From positions 24,614,001 to 24,678,000 of the forward strand of contig OZ024749.1 in assembly GCA_964016885.1 (NCBI GenBank): DNA of 64,000 nt, written 5' to 3'. Within the stretch, counting starts at the first letter, position 1. Every line of letters starts with the position of its first letter. The notes under the pieces are model-generated. The model had not been told where the DNA came from. It saw nothing but the letters and a program-made list of their open reading frames with translations, and made no database searches. Of this stretch, positions 14,606-29,324 are shown one piece after another. The position numbers and the translations under genes are program-made. Source of the stretch: Eledone cirrhosa (taxonomy: Eukaryota).

Positions 14606-15025
14606 TTTGGCACATGGCAAACATTTTTAAGGGAAGAGATATGTCGATTAATTTGACCGTAGTGTGTCGCTGCTACTTTATTTTATTGACCGCGTAAGGA
14701 AGAAAGGACAAAGGAAACATCGCTGGTTTTTGAACTCGGAACGTAAAGGACGTACATTTATACCATAAAGCATATTGTACTACGCTTAAGTGATACTACC
14801 AATCCAGGATTTTCTCGAGAAACTAGAAATAGTATCACAAATATCACGAATTTTGGAGAGGCAAATTGGAATAAAGCGAACTCAGTGCGTTAAAGATAGT
14901 TTATATTATAGACCGCGTAACGATAAAAAGGCAAAGCTAACTTCGTCGGAATTTAAACTCAGAACTTAAAGAAACGTAACACTATTCCACAAAGCATGTC
15001 CGATGATATACCAGTACTGCCAACC
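14606..15025 (-). mobile_element. Two degenerate octopod-type SINE copies (about 14606-14805 and 14850-15025)
   Basis: Reverse complement of the SINE core: gaccgcgtaa..ga..aaaggcaaag.taac.tcg.cggaattt.aactcaga. Confidence 0.6.
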
Positions 15026-15158
15026 TTAATCATGTATATGGAAGCATCCCTAAAGTAAGTGCATGATTGATAGAATACAAATTACACAAACCAATATGCA
15101 ACCTAAGTATATTATAGGATTATATATGTATTTTGAAAGTAGTCGGAAACCATGAGTG

Positions 15159-15204
<46 letters not shown>

Positions 15205-15432
15205 AGAGCCTGTTGAAACGGCAAGACTTCAGCCGTCTGGTCCCGACTCTATAATGAAACCATACTCTACTTCCCTAAGTAGCGAGTACTAAGTTCTTGA
15301 GTATTGGTCTAACCAGCTCCAAACTGAAAAACCGTCCTGACCCTCTTCCTGCTATATGAAGCGTTAACCTAATATATCCCTTCCATGTACTGTACCGATT
15401 ATGTTGTTATTTCTGTTTACCTTTTACATACA

Positions 15433-15507
<75 letters not shown>

Positions 15508-15536
15508 AAAACCACAAACCCTCGATCTCAATTCTA

Positions 15537-15572
15537 CTTTTGAAAAGCAGAAGAGCTGCGAAACCGGTAGAG
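15537..15572 (+). ncRNA. Type I hammerhead, U3-A8 core variant (element 15502-15700)
   Basis: CTT-TTGAAAA-GCAG-AAGAG-CTGC-GAAA-CCGG-TA-GAG; 4-bp stem II, palindromic stem III ACCGGT. Confidence 0.7.
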
Positions 15573-15714
15573 GAAATATATATTTTTATTAAAAGAAAAG
15601 ACTCCAGTTGCATTTTCGATTTCATCTTTTTTCCTTATACTTTCAACTCGTGTAGGACACCTCGTTTTTTTTTCATTTTGTAAAAAAACCCCACATTCTA
15701 ATATATATATATAT

Positions 15715-15790
<76 letters not shown>

Positions 15791-17150
15791 TATGTGTGTG
15801 TGTTGGGTCTATATACATGTAGACATGCCAAATATATGAATATCACTGTAAGTTTAAAACAAATGTTTAATCGATTCCTAGACCCATCAATATTATTCCC
15901 TATGTATCTACGTACACAGATGAAGAATAATTATGCAACTGATATAATATAATATAAGAGAGATAAAGACTATAACAATGATTATGTAAGCAACTCTATA
16001 GGCACTGAGATAAGCTGTTAGTATATTGCATTGAATGATGTGAGGTGTGTCATTTCTGCGTTATCAGTTAAGATCTGCTGTGGACGAATTTGCTTTTAAT
16101 TCTTGTCTATTAAAAAGAGAGAAAAGAGCCACATTAGGGGTTGTTTATTCCTCTATCTCAGCTACTCAATTTCTCTCCCGTTATGACTTCTTTTCGCTCT
16201 TTCTCCGGAAAAGGTCGGCTGGTTTCACATTTGAAGAGAGAGATGTCCAGCACCTAGTAAATTCATCGAAAATGTGCAAGGAAAATTTGAAATCGTTATG
16301 ATTCTAACCTTGAAGGTAAGAAAAATGTATGGAATACAGAATACAGAATAAAAATAAAGCTCACTCCCTGTGCTCCTTAGAATCGCAACCATAACGTCAT
16401 TGGTTTTATTGGAACGCTACCAGATGCATCGTGACTTTGAAGAAGATATATCATTTCACGTTGTTCTCATTTGATCCTCATACACCTAAGGCAATGGTTT
16501 CTATAACCAAAACACATAATTTCACATTGCTTCAGTTTGATGTGCTGCCTGTGAATTCGGAGCATTGTCATAACGAGAAAACGCCGCCAGTCGTTTTATC
16601 CTACTCGATAACGAAACATTTCCCAATAAACATAATTAACAGCAATGATGGCAGAGAAATTTAAAATGTGTTATGTACGATTAATGAGAACTACAACGAT
16701 ATTAATGAGCAATAGAATGAATGCAATTTTATCCTATCGATGTTATAATATATTCTCGATTTCCATATATATTTCCATAGAGTATAACAATGGGTATTTG
16801 AAAACATGCATATGTTAATTCAAAAACTGCTGAAATATGTGAAGAATTAATAATTTCTATAATTGTGCAACTCACAGTCGGTTAGTAATCTAATTACTGA
16901 TTCGAAAGTGTCTTCAAAGATGAAATGATGTTAGTTATAGCCAGTTTTAGTTATTAATATTATTCAAAACATATACTACAGTTCAGTACTGGAGGGGTAC
17001 ATGTGTTAATTCAACGAACTCGAGTCGGTATTGTTTGTGCATAGTTTGATATAAACATATACATACACACACACAAATACAGACACATAAACACACACAC
17101 ATATATATATGTATGTATATATATATGTGTGTATATATATATATATATGT

Positions 17151-17195
<45 letters not shown>

Positions 17196-17301
17196 TATGT
17201 GTGTATATATAAATGTGTGTGTGTATATATATATGTGTGTATATATATGTGTGTATATATGTGTGTGTATATGTATATGTATGTATATATATATATATAT
17301 A

Positions 17302-17376
<75 letters not shown>

Positions 17377-17405
17377 GTATGTATGTATGTATATATATAT
17401 GTATG

Positions 17406-18243
17406 TTATCTCTTTCTCTTAATTTCGAGTATATTTTTTGGACCGGCCACCTTCCTGGTGGCAAGGTTGTAAAACAAAAGAAATTGTCATCCATTGAATC
17501 GCAAGAAAGTTTTGCAAATTTGTAAGGTGCCAGCTATCGCAGCCATTTGTAGACTATGAATTAGGGAGCTGTGCTTTTTGTCGGCAAATCCAAGTCCAGT
17601 CATACTTTGGTCCAAGCGGGTTGGTATATAACCCGTAGCACCAATAATGATGGGTATGAAGCTAAAGGTGTATCTTGGATACTGGATTTGTAAACTCCTA
17701 TTCAATGGTCCGTAGATGTCCTCCTTCTCCTGTATTTTTCTGACAACGTTTACATCAAGTGGGCAGCTGATCTCCACAACAGAACACGTTTTCAATGTGT
17801 GGTTCCAAACAACAATATCAGGCCGGTTGTGCTTTAATTTGGTGTCAGTTTTTATTTTCAGTTTCCACCAGTATTCCTTAGTGCCATCTGTCTCAATATA
17901 TTCTTCCTCGTTTGTTGTTAATTTTGTTTTCCGAAGTGCGTTCCAGATGGTTCTAGCTATCCCATCGTGTCTCATGGGGAGGTAGTAGCGAGATGACATT
18001 CTTTCGCAGCTGGCAACAATGTGGCTTACATCCTCGATCTTTGTTTTACATAGCCTACATTTATTGTCAGCTGCTGGCCCTCCTCTTTTGTGCAGCAGAT
18101 ATTTGGTAGGGAGTCCTTGTTCCTGTATTGCATAGAGATATCCCTCAAGGTGTGATGTCATAAACTTGTCGGAACTCCATGCCAGGCTTTTTGAGTGGTT
18201 TATCCCCTCTATTGTCTGTGTTTTACGCATCAAGTATCCATGC
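17406..18243 (-). mobile_element. 5'-truncated R4/Dong-type (RLE) non-LTR retrotransposon; uninterrupted C-terminal ORF 17487-18243
   Basis: CRLC-x8-H-x4-C zinc knuckle, RHD motif, RPDIVVW...VEISCP...K..EK...Y restriction-like endonuclease; short 3' UTR; flanked by (TA)/(TATG)n on both sides. Confidence 0.88.
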
Positions 18244-18458
18244 ATATATATGTATGTATGTATGTATATATGTATGTATATATGTATGTATGTATGTATA
18301 TATATATGTATGTATGTATGTATATATGTATGTATGTATGTATATATATATGTATGTATGCATATATATGTGGATGTATATATATATATATATGTGTATA
18401 TATGTATATATATGTGTATGTATGTATATATATGTGTATGTATGTATATATATATGTG

Positions 18459-18491
<33 letters not shown>

Positions 18492-18867
18492 ACACAGTTC
18501 AAGAGTAACCAATCTTAAAGAGAGGGATGGAGATAGGAGAGGAGATAGGAGAGGAGAGATTGGTGAATTAGTTAGAAGCCAAAGCTCAATGTGCAATTCC
18601 TTACATCAAAATAAAATATGTTGACAATCGTTTAATAATGTCCTCCTTGTGAAATTTGTGTATTTATTTGCTTAACTAATGAATATCTATGTGTATATAT
18701 ATATGTGTATATATATATAAATATGTGTATATATATAAATATGTTTATATATATATATAGATATGTGTATATATATATGTGTGTATATATATATATGTGT
18801 GTATATATATATGTACATATATATATATGTGTGTATATATATATGTGTATATATATGTGTGTATATA

Positions 18868-18950
<83 letters not shown>

Positions 18951-19370
18951 TTATATATATGTATATATCAGAGTTTTCCTTCTCCTAGAATTCTGCCTTG
19001 ACAAAGGCTAAGCGGTCATCTCTTCCGGTGATTTTGGATGGCCATTGACTCTTAAGAGCTCCTTTGCCCTTTGACAGGTTTTGTTTTTAGTCCTGCAGGA
19101 TGTCCAAAGTCACCTTCAATTCGCTGGCTTGATTAAAAAGTCACACTCGTTCGGTGCATCGGTAGGGGTTCTACTACATGGATATAAAGTAGTGGCCGTA
19201 CTCGAAAACGAGTATATATTTTTGACAGTTGATCAGTCAATGGCAACATTGAGGACCGAATAAATTAGATTACCGATATAAAAGACACAGAAGCGAAAAG
19301 CGAAAACCAACCAAACAGTGAATGTGTTCTGTTATTAATTCTGGCAATATTACACAAATATGACCCTCCC

Positions 19371-19415
<45 letters not shown>

Positions 19416-19681
19416 ATATATATATGTGTGTGTATATATATATGTATATATATCATGCTTAAATTAGACATGGCTTCTATAGGACTGGACCTTTTTCATT
19501 AAAAACAAATTTTCAGCAAAGCTTTGATTATTCCCTTTTTAATGAAACAATTCTATACCTTTAGAAGCCATTCCTATATTAAACATGATGTTTACACTAT
19601 ATTAATGAATTGAGCACTTTACAAACTGTGGTTATCACCAATTGATCCCGGGAGATACACACGCACGCACACACACACACA

Positions 19682-19807
<126 letters not shown>

Positions 19808-19836
19808 CACAAACACACAAACACACAAACACACAT

Positions 19837-19897
<61 letters not shown>

Positions 19898-19900
<3 letters not shown>

Positions 19901-21925
19901 GTTTGGAGTTGGAAGGTCAAGACAATACAGGTATGGATATAGAATATAAATACAAATGCAAAAGATATTGTTGACAATTAGTCTTTTACCTTAAATGTAT
20001 TTGAACATCCTTAATTTTCGAGATAATATCTCTTCTTCGGAGGGAAGTAAAGCGGTTAATCCAGTGTTCTAATTAGTTTGCCAAGTCATGTTCACAGGAA
20101 ATGGTATAGAGATTCCAATCTATCTCTAATGTCAAAATGGGTTTTGTACATGTATGTTTAAGTGTGTGGGAGAATACGTGAAGACGTAAGTATGCGCGTG
20201 TGTGTGTGTGTGTGACAGGATATGTCTATATGTAAATGTGGGTGCTAGCTGCTCTATCATGTTAAAACTGGTCTTTGTGTGTGTGTGTGTGTGTGAGAGA
20301 GATAATAAGTGATGTAAGCGTGTGTGTGTGCGTGTGTAAGAGGATTTGTAAGTCTAGGACTAGGTGCTCTATCATGTTAAAAGTTGCGTGTTGAGTTCTA
20401 TTCTATTATTGTTTGGTGGTTGTGTTTTGTCTATCATCAGTGCTTCCTTAATTCTAAGATTGCTGAGGTTTCTTTCCTTAGCTTCTTTCCTAACTGTTAT
20501 GTTTTTGTCGGTGTTTTTGCATTTCACTATGTGTTTCTTAAATGAGGAAGCGTTAGTATTGAGGTGTTCTTTTACTCTTATGTGAAGTGGTCTGGTGGTG
20601 CTACCTATGTCGAAATTGCCGCATTTGTCGGACCCCAATCCGTATACGACGTAAGCCTGGTGGCACAAGTCTGTGTCGTCGATGGGGCAGCCGGCCAGCC
20701 CGCAGCGGTCGCCATATCTGGCGGAGTGTCCCCCGGCCAGCTGTCCGCGCAGAGAAGCTCCCGAGTGGGCCAGTTGAACATCTAGTCCCTCTCGTCTGAG
20801 CTCTGCGGATGGCTGTTGTTGTTTCGTCACTGAAGTGTGGGAGCCCCAAGAAGCGGGTGTCAGTGCCTCTGGTATGGTGGCCTCCGCTGTCTCTGGTACG
20901 GCCCGTCGTGGACGTCGGGTATCCGCTCATTTTAAGTACTCCAGGAAATGTGTTGCGTGTGTGTCTCGGTCTCTTGCGTCGGTGCATTTGTTCCGGATAC
21001 GTGTGGTTCGTTCCTTATGTATCAGACATTAGCGCTGGCTGGGAGGGCCGCTCTGAAATGTACGAACAGGTCCCCACTGGCGGCTTTTCCATAGAAGCAG
21101 GTGTGGATGTCGCCCTCCTCTGTTACTCTGAGCTGGACTTCCAGTAGTTATAGGGATCCGCGGTCATCGGGGTGTTCCATGGTGAACATTATACTGGCGT
21201 CTATGCTGGAGAATGTCGTGTATATTTTATCCGCTTCCTCACGGGATGATGTAAGGATGAGCATGTCATCTACATATCGGGTGAAGAAGGTATAGGAATG
21301 GCAGGTGTTGAGCGCTCAGCATTCTAGCTGGTTCATATAGGTGATGGCCAGCAGGACCGATAGGCTGGATCCCATGTGTAATCTTGTTGTCTGTATGTGT
21401 GGTGGTGGAAGGTGAAGTACGTGTTGTCCACTGTGTAGGACAAAAGTTGGTGTATGTCCGTCGAATGGAGCCCGCAGCAGTGGACGTCCTCTGCCACCAC
21501 GCAAACCGTCAACAAATCGACAGCTGGATGAGAGGGGACTGTAGTGGAGGAGACAACGTCGAGGCTAAAGGCGCATCTATTTAATTTGAAGTTGTTCTGG
21601 CTGGAGTTGGTGTAGTCTATGCATGACCTCGTCGGTGCCACTGACATGCCCGGGAAAGGTGGAGAGCAGAGGCCCGAGGATCCGGGAGAGGAGCCAGGAG
21701 ACCTTGCATAGGGGTTCGTCCATGCTAGAGACGATGGGTCTTACTTGTGTCTTAGTACTATCCCTGTGGGTCCTGATGAGGTGACAGAAAGTGGGCAGTC
21801 AGCTACCTCCAGTGGTGTAGTTGAGCTTAAATTTATTTGGGAGTTGTCCTCTCCTACAGATGTCGAACCAGATGGAGTTGGCCTGTTTTTCGATCTGGGT
21901 TGCAGTCACGTCCGGGATATTTGTA
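19898..21925 (-). mobile_element. Degenerate Penelope-like element (RT + GIY-YIG) with 3' terminal repeat
   Basis: Minus-strand peptides VRPIVSS, FSLDVVS, MGSSLSVLLA, FFTRYVDDMLIL, then VVY...IGSTTRPLHIRVKEH...IKEALMI; frameshifted; ends at (TA)n. Confidence 0.9.
20008..20044 (-). ncRNA. Minimal hammerhead ribozyme (CCGAAGA core) in the Penelope 3' region
   Basis: Minus strand: CCT-CCGAAGA-A-GAGAT-ATT-ATCTC-GAAA-ATTA-AGG; 5-bp stem II, AATT minimal stem III. Confidence 0.65.
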
Positions 21926-21947
21926 TATAGTTATATATATATATATA

Positions 21948-21985
<38 letters not shown>

Positions 21986-24260
21986 AGCTATTGTCGTAGA
22001 AAATGACCTATATGTACAGTGTTTACCGAGAATCATGGATCCTTTCAAAACAATGGGCGTTGCTGTTGATATATTTCTAAAATAAGTGATTTGTAATTTT
22101 ATTTTTATTTTTAAGTAAAACATTAGCAAATGTATAATGTTTTGCCGTGCATGTGTTTCTACTTTAACACAGATAAATATACTTACAAACACACAACTAC
22201 GCAATGTATTTCCCCCAAACACGCAAACTGTTGAGACTAGAAATTAAGCACCAGTACATATCACATGACCTCTTTTGACAAGCACAAATTGACCTTGTCT
22301 CTAAGGATGAGAAATCAATATTATCTGAAATTAACAAGCTGTCAACTGAGAAATAGCGAAATCCATTTGTAAAAGAATATCATTTTCATGGCTAACTTAT
22401 ACTTTCAATACTGCCAATAAACTGAATACTATTTTGTGACAGTATGACTTGGTGCAGTTATTTCTTTTTTTTTGTATTTGCCTATTGAACATATTACCAA
22501 TCAAAATGTCATTGCTTGCCTTTCAGACGAAACTATTATGTATTCACTGAGTGAATAGAATAGCTACCCATTCGATTTCCCCACCCACTGGAAGACTTCG
22601 AACATCGGTGTCTGTTTTTCAGGTTGTACGGTATCATAATGCATTAACATTGACATTAACGAGGATTTTCACAATAAGCTTAGTGACATAAACGACCTGA
22701 TATGAATTAAAGACTCATGATTTCGATTTTCTTTCAGGTAATTCGAAGTTTTTATGGTTTGAATCGGAGACAAAATGTCAGCATTTATGTCTCTTTTCAG
22801 AGATTCCACGACTTGTAGATTAGAAAAGGGAGAAATTTATTGAATCGTGATAGTGTTTACCTCGAATGCGTGCACCAGAATCACATCCCAAAACAATAAT
22901 ATAGTCCTTTCCACATATATGTAACGACCTCTAAGCATTTTACGCGATTAACCACAATTGCTTCGCAAAACATTCATCCAATGTTGACAATAATGCTCCT
23001 TTGTGGACACCAAATCATCAAATTTTCAGCAGGATACGTTAGAAATGGTATTATGTAGAAATCCATACACTTAAGTATTTCTGAAGCGGAATTCAACAGA
23101 AGCCTGTCCAAAGTTATACCGCTTCTAAAAGGGAACGTATTTGTGACGTTTAATATCCAATAGATGTGGATCAGTTTTACTAAAGCTTTTACGTAAATAG
23201 TAGTATTTTATCAAGTCAACGCTGAAGGCATTGTTTCAATGACAAATCATTGACAAGGATGTGAATGAACATTTAGAAATGACTGGATAATACTGTACAT
23301 AACATTCAAATTACTTATTTCCTAATTATCTACACCCAAATGATTGAAGGAAGCAGCCAAAAACTGCAGAAATTCGCATGTCATTTAATCACTACGAAGT
23401 ATTTTTATTGCATATACATTCCACCTGATATTTAAGTCATTGTTAACAGAGACTTAAAAAGATATTTATATACATTCCATTATTCCTTTCATAAATGCAT
23501 AAATATATTTATATGTGTGTGTGTGTGTGTGTTTGTGAGAGAGAGAGAGCGTGTATGTGAGCGTGTGTGTGTGCATCTGTGTGTGTGAGCTTGTGTGTGA
23601 GCGGTTGTGTGTGCATCTGTGTGAGTGTGTATATGTGTGTGTTTATGCTTCACGCAATGTTGTGTATAACTCACCCCTTTCTTTTCTTTCCTAAGTCCCA
23701 AATATTCCTTAATGCTTTTTTTCTTTCCCAAACAATGGTTAAATCGTTAATCAGCGCGAGTAAATCTAGAATAAATTGATAATGTCCAAATACAAACCAG
23801 TTAAAGACCAGAAATATCTTCCATATGTAATATCACGGTGAACAGAAACTTTAATGAAATTTCACTGTATAAACAAGAACCGGTGGTACGCTTTTGTTCT
23901 ATAATCATAGCATTAATTCAGAATGAAATGTGGTGAGCCAAGATGTTCTTAAACTGACTACAACATTGTGATTCTTTACATTGACAGATTGAGAGGCACA
24001 TTGAGCTCTTGAATAAGGCACATCATTATTTCACATTGCTCCAATTTTATTCACAGATCAGAGGAATATTGTGTTATTTCAAACTAAACAATGCCTCACA
24101 TGCTTCCAATTTGCTTAAGAGACAAATTGTTGTATCATTTCCTTCATCAAGACACACCCTTTCTAATTGCACGAGTTTGTTTTATAAATGGAATGGTGCA
24201 TTGTGGGTTTTGATAAGCTATAGCCTTTCGCATGGATCGAAATTGAATCAGAAATAGATA

Positions 24261-24754
24261 TATTTCTTTATTAGCCACAGGGGCACAAAAGAAGGGGACA
24301 AATACAAAGGGGGAAGTTTACATACAATAAAAACGTGTAAAATGTTATCACAGATGGAATTTAAAAGTTAGTCGATTTTCCCCAATAGAGGGAGACAGTT
24401 TATATGGGTAACACAGACCCCCGAAAAAAATGTGCAACCCTCATCTCCAGGAGTACGAAGAGCTTGTACTCCTTTCCTCTCCTCCTCCTTTTCCTCAACC
24501 TACAGGCTGATATAGAGAGAAGGCCCATTCACTCGGGCCATTCTCGCCACTTTCACCCACCTTTCATAAAACTTGCTGGGGTACAGCACCTCTCTCTCCA
24601 TCCTGATTCTTCTTCCAAAGTGGTATTTGAAAAAAAGAATCAGTTGTTGGCCGGAGAGAAAGGTGTCTGACCTCAGCCCTTTCAACCTTGTCCACCATAC
24701 AACCTCTTTCGCCATAGCTATCACACAAAGGAAAACCGCCTCTCCTTCGTTTTT
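24261..24754 (-). mobile_element. 5'-truncated L1/Tx1-like LINE 3' end with 10-bp TSD
   Basis: ORF2-like C-terminus AMAKEVVWWTRLKG...ERWVKVARM; AATAAA near the 3' end; gaaatagata at 24251-24260 and 24755-24764. Confidence 0.7.
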
Positions 24755-25119
24755 GAAATAGATAGATAGATAGATAGATAGATAGATTTAGACCGGGTGA
24801 GAGAGAGGGGTAAAAATCTGTCCTTCAACAAAACACATCATATAATAAGGCTCCAGTTCAATCGAAACACCCAGAAGCGCATGGATTGTTGATACGCAAT
24901 TACACATTGCATCAATTCATTCAGGTGACATGGATTACAAGAGGCACATGATGGATGGCCATGTGAAAATGTGTGCATCTACTTGGTGTTGGGGCTATTA
25001 CAATCCCAGTTACTTATCTCCTTAGCTAGCTGGAATAATCTGTGTCGACCGATATCTGACACCAAGATAGAAAGAGGCAAAATGATGATACTCACTCTCT
25101 CTCATTCTCTTTCACTTCA

Positions 25120-25220
<101 letters not shown>

Positions 25221-25533
25221 AATAATTCTATTCCATACTAATGGTAGATGGGTTTCACAAAGGTCTTTTGCAGACAAGTTCAGACATGCTATATAAATAT
25301 GTACTGAAAAGCTTTAATATGCACGCCAAATATTGAATTTGTTCATATGTTCCACTACATTCCCCATTGTGTGCAAGAACATTAGAAAATAATTGGTTGA
25401 GTTATATTTTGTACTTCATTTAATAGCCCTTGTCATGTGTACATGATGATAAACATATGTTACATACACAAACATTCACACAGGGACAGAGAACATAGAC
25501 ACTCGCATATATATATATATATATATATATATC

Positions 25534-25573
25534 CCGAGCTGAAGATCCGCTAAGGTGAAACAGTTGTTCTAGG
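25534..25573 (+). ncRNA. Type I hammerhead in a ~75-bp solo fragment between (TA)n tracts
   Basis: CCGAG-CTGAAGA-T-CC-GCTAA-GG-T-GAAA-CAGTTG-TT-CTAGG; homologue of 30833-30873. Confidence 0.7.
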
Positions 25574-25615
25574 TATGGTGAACTAACTGTTGTGTAACCA
25601 CTTCTATATATATAT

Positions 25616-26379
25616 AGTAATAATAAACGTGAAGACTAAAATTCAAAGAGGGCTCTATAAGGATAAATATATATCAGATATATAAGAACCGTAGAGCAAA
25701 TATTTATTTAAATAACATATTAAAGTTTAAGCAAAGAGTCGCTGCTTTCACCCTTAAAGGGATCTTCTGAAACTAAAAGTCAATCTGTGAACGCAGAAAT
25801 AAATATTTCAAAACAACGTTGCAACCGAAGGAAGACAGGAAGAAGATACTTTGGTTCGTTTTAAACGTTCCCTGGCAAAGAACGAAAAAAAAACCGAATA
25901 TAATACGTCATTATTTGGAGCGGTGAAAACAATTACACGCAAAGACAAAATAACGTTTATGGTATAAATGAAGTCGTAGACTAATATTCTATTAGGTGGC
26001 TCATGGAGACGTTCACTGGCAATGAACGGAAAAAACGAAGATAATACGTTATTATGTGGAACGTGAGAACAATTACACGCAAAGACAAAACCACGTATAT
26101 GGAATAACTGAAGTCGTAGATTAAATTTTATTTAGGAAACCGATTGATTCTAGGCTTCAGAATTAAGAATAAAGTAAATAAAATACAGAAATAATTGAAA
26201 TTAAATATATACATACACGCATCCATATACGTACATACACAAACATACGCGAAAACACTTGCCATGGGTATGCAAATACTAACACGTACACGAAAAAAAA
26301 AACAGCGCACGCACATACAGAACCCACGCAACGCCTGTACCGGCACACATACGAACGTATATACCAAATACACATAATA

Positions 26380-26435
<56 letters not shown>

Positions 26436-27770
26436 CCGTGTATACATAATTAAATAAACGTATATAAATATACACACATAAATACTATATAACGCGCGCA
26501 CACACATACCTACATGTAAATACACATACGTTCACAGATGTACGTCAACCAAAACACAAAGTAAACATATACACACACCCTACATTCGTACGAAACAGCA
26601 TACTCACACAGACGCAAAACTCACGTATACACATAACCAAATGCCAGTATATATAATATATACGCCATAACGTATACAAGCAAATATACGTACGCGAAAG
26701 TATACGTACCTTCACAAAACATACAGGTAATATATACTTACCTATGTAAAAAAGTAATGGTATAAACATAACATATACTTAATTACCACATCAAGACGTA
26801 AAATATTCGCGTATAGTTCGTACTATCCGTTAGGGTATAATGTGGGGCTGTAATACAGGAAAGTGTTGTGCAATTTATGTTTAGAAGCCGAAATTGCCTC
26901 AGATTTTTTGTTTAAGATGTGGTCTTTGGCGTAGAGATTTTCCAGGGCCTCAGCTGCGCAGAGGTCACATGGTCTTTTATTTCCGTTTACGATCTAGCCC
27001 TAGCTAGGATCTCCCAGTGTAACTTATATTCGGTGTAGTTGTCTTTTAGACTCCAGATATAAGCTGAAAGTGGCGTCATATACCTTCTTAAAGGGTAACG
27101 GAAAGAATAGGTTGCATGTAAAGACGCTGCTTGAATCTATTGGTGGTTAACCCTATGTAGCTCCTACATTTGTAGACAATGTTACTATAGAGGCATTTCC
27201 CGGATAGGGGGCAGTCAACCCGATTCCTACAATTACAGTTAATACTTGCTACAGGGTTGCACGTGTTCCTACGGCTTAGTACTATAGCTAAATTTGAAGC
27301 TGTGATGTTACGTGCAAGGTTAGGAGTCGTAGAATAAGACATTTTAATGGTATTTCTATTAAAATTTTACTATATGTATGTGCTGGGGGGAAATGCTTCA
27401 TAATAAGGAAGAGAAAGATCTTAGCTAATGGTGTGGCCACCTCCATATTATATGGTGGGTTATACCATATAATGCGTTGGGATCTATTTTTCCTAGGTCT
27501 ATTCTCGTACTCTGTATAAGCTACCTTATCGACAAATCCACTCCGAGCAAGAGCTTCATAGTAACATGTGGAATGGTCGTTGAAAATATGCTCGTTTGCA
27601 AAAAGACGGGAAAGCCTCAAAGAAACGTTTCTTACCAGGTTCTTGGTTATGCTGGCAGGATGGTTAGCATGCTTACTTATGTAATTAAGCGTATCATTCG
27701 GCTTTCTATACGAGTTGTGCAGGCCATTCAACAAATTGAGGGTAAGGTCGATGTAATTAACGAGCGACAG
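25616..27770 (-). mobile_element. Truncated Penelope-like element (Naiad-like): RT thumb/linker + GIY-YIG remnant and long 3' region
   Basis: YIDLTLNL...YRKPND...NHP...IIWYNPPY...KHFP...MSYS...CNCRNRVDCPLSGKCL..IVYKC..YIGLTTNRFKQR; frameshifts present. Inclusion of 25616-26820 as its 3' region is inferred from contiguity. Confidence 0.85.
25724..25774 (-). ncRNA. Type I hammerhead, U4A core variant (CAGAAGA)
   Basis: Minus strand: AGTTT-CAGAAGA-T-CCC-TTTAA-GGG-T-GAAA-GCA-GCGACTCTT-TGC-TT-AAACT; all three stems pair. Confidence 0.7.
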
Positions 27771-27783
27771 TATATATATATAT

Positions 27784-27912
27784 AACAAAGAAGGTGTGGT
27801 AAGTTACCAGGTCGACAACACGGCACCAGAGTACTCAATACTTAGTATAAAATAGTGGGTAATAAGAAAAGAGACAGGACCCCAACGGCTGGGCTCTAGC
27901 CGTTTCGACAGC
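27784..27912 (-). mobile_element. Fragment of the 38.5-kb element family carrying the 3' half of a hammerhead
   Basis: Minus strand: GAAA-CGGC-TAGAGCCCA-GCCG-TT-GGGGT, truncated at (TA)n; homologous to 38473-38600 and 15205-15325. Confidence 0.65.
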
Positions 27913-27988
<76 letters not shown>

Positions 27989-28431
27989 GAGAGAGCAATA
28001 ATAATAAATGTGTAGACTAAAATCCAAAGAGGGCTCGATAAGGATAAATATATGTCAAATATATGTTTCCTCCTGTTGCAACGTTTTTTTTTTTTCACAG
28101 ATTGAATTTTTTAGGTTCAGAGATACCGTTCAAATTGTTGTATTACATATTTTGTATTTCGATAGTTATAACAATATTATCAAATATTAAGTATTAGATA
28201 TTTATGAATTTTTGTTCAATAATGTGTGTGAGCTATTAGAATGTATATATATATATTATATATATTTATATATTATATATCAATATATACATATATATAT
28301 ATATATGTGTATGTATATGTATATATATGTGTAGGTATATGTATATATATATATGTATGTATATGTATATATATATATATATATGTATGTATATATATAT
28401 GTACATATATATATATATATGTGTATGTATG

Positions 28432-28462
<31 letters not shown>

Positions 28463-28545
28463 GTATGCATATATATATATCTACATATATATATATGTAT
28501 GTATATATATATATATATGTACATATATATATATGTATATATATA

Positions 28546-28627
<82 letters not shown>

Positions 28628-29324
28628 TATGTACATATATATATATATATATGTACATATTTATATATATATATATATATATGTACATATTTATATATAT
28701 ATATATATATATATGTACATATTTATATATATATATATATGTACAACTATATATATATATATATGTACATATTTATATATATATGTACAAATTCATATAT
28801 ATATATATGTAAAATAGTTATATATATATATGTACAAATTTATATATATATATATGTACATATTTATATATATATATATATATATACATATTTATATATA
28901 TATATATATATATATACATATATATTTATATATATATATATATATACATATATATACATTTATATATATATATATACATATATATAAATATATATACATT
29001 TATATATATATATATATATACATATATATAAATATATATACATATATATGCATATATATATACATATATATACATTTATATATATTTATATATATATGTA
29101 CATATATGTACTTATATATATATATATCTACATATATGTACATATATATATATATATATGCATATATATACATTTATATATATACATATATATAAATATA
29201 TATACATATATATGCATATATATACATATATATACATTTATATACCTTTATATATATGTACATATATGTACTTATCTATATATATATATATGTACATTCG
29301 GGCTGTTCATATATATATGTACAT

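Noticed and set aside
21770-21795. CTGATGA...GAAA antisense to the Penelope RT
   Set aside because: No stem II pairing; chance match.
28135-28190. TTGATAA...GAAATACA on the minus strand
   Set aside because: Stem I and the NUH triplet are missing; at best a decayed relic.
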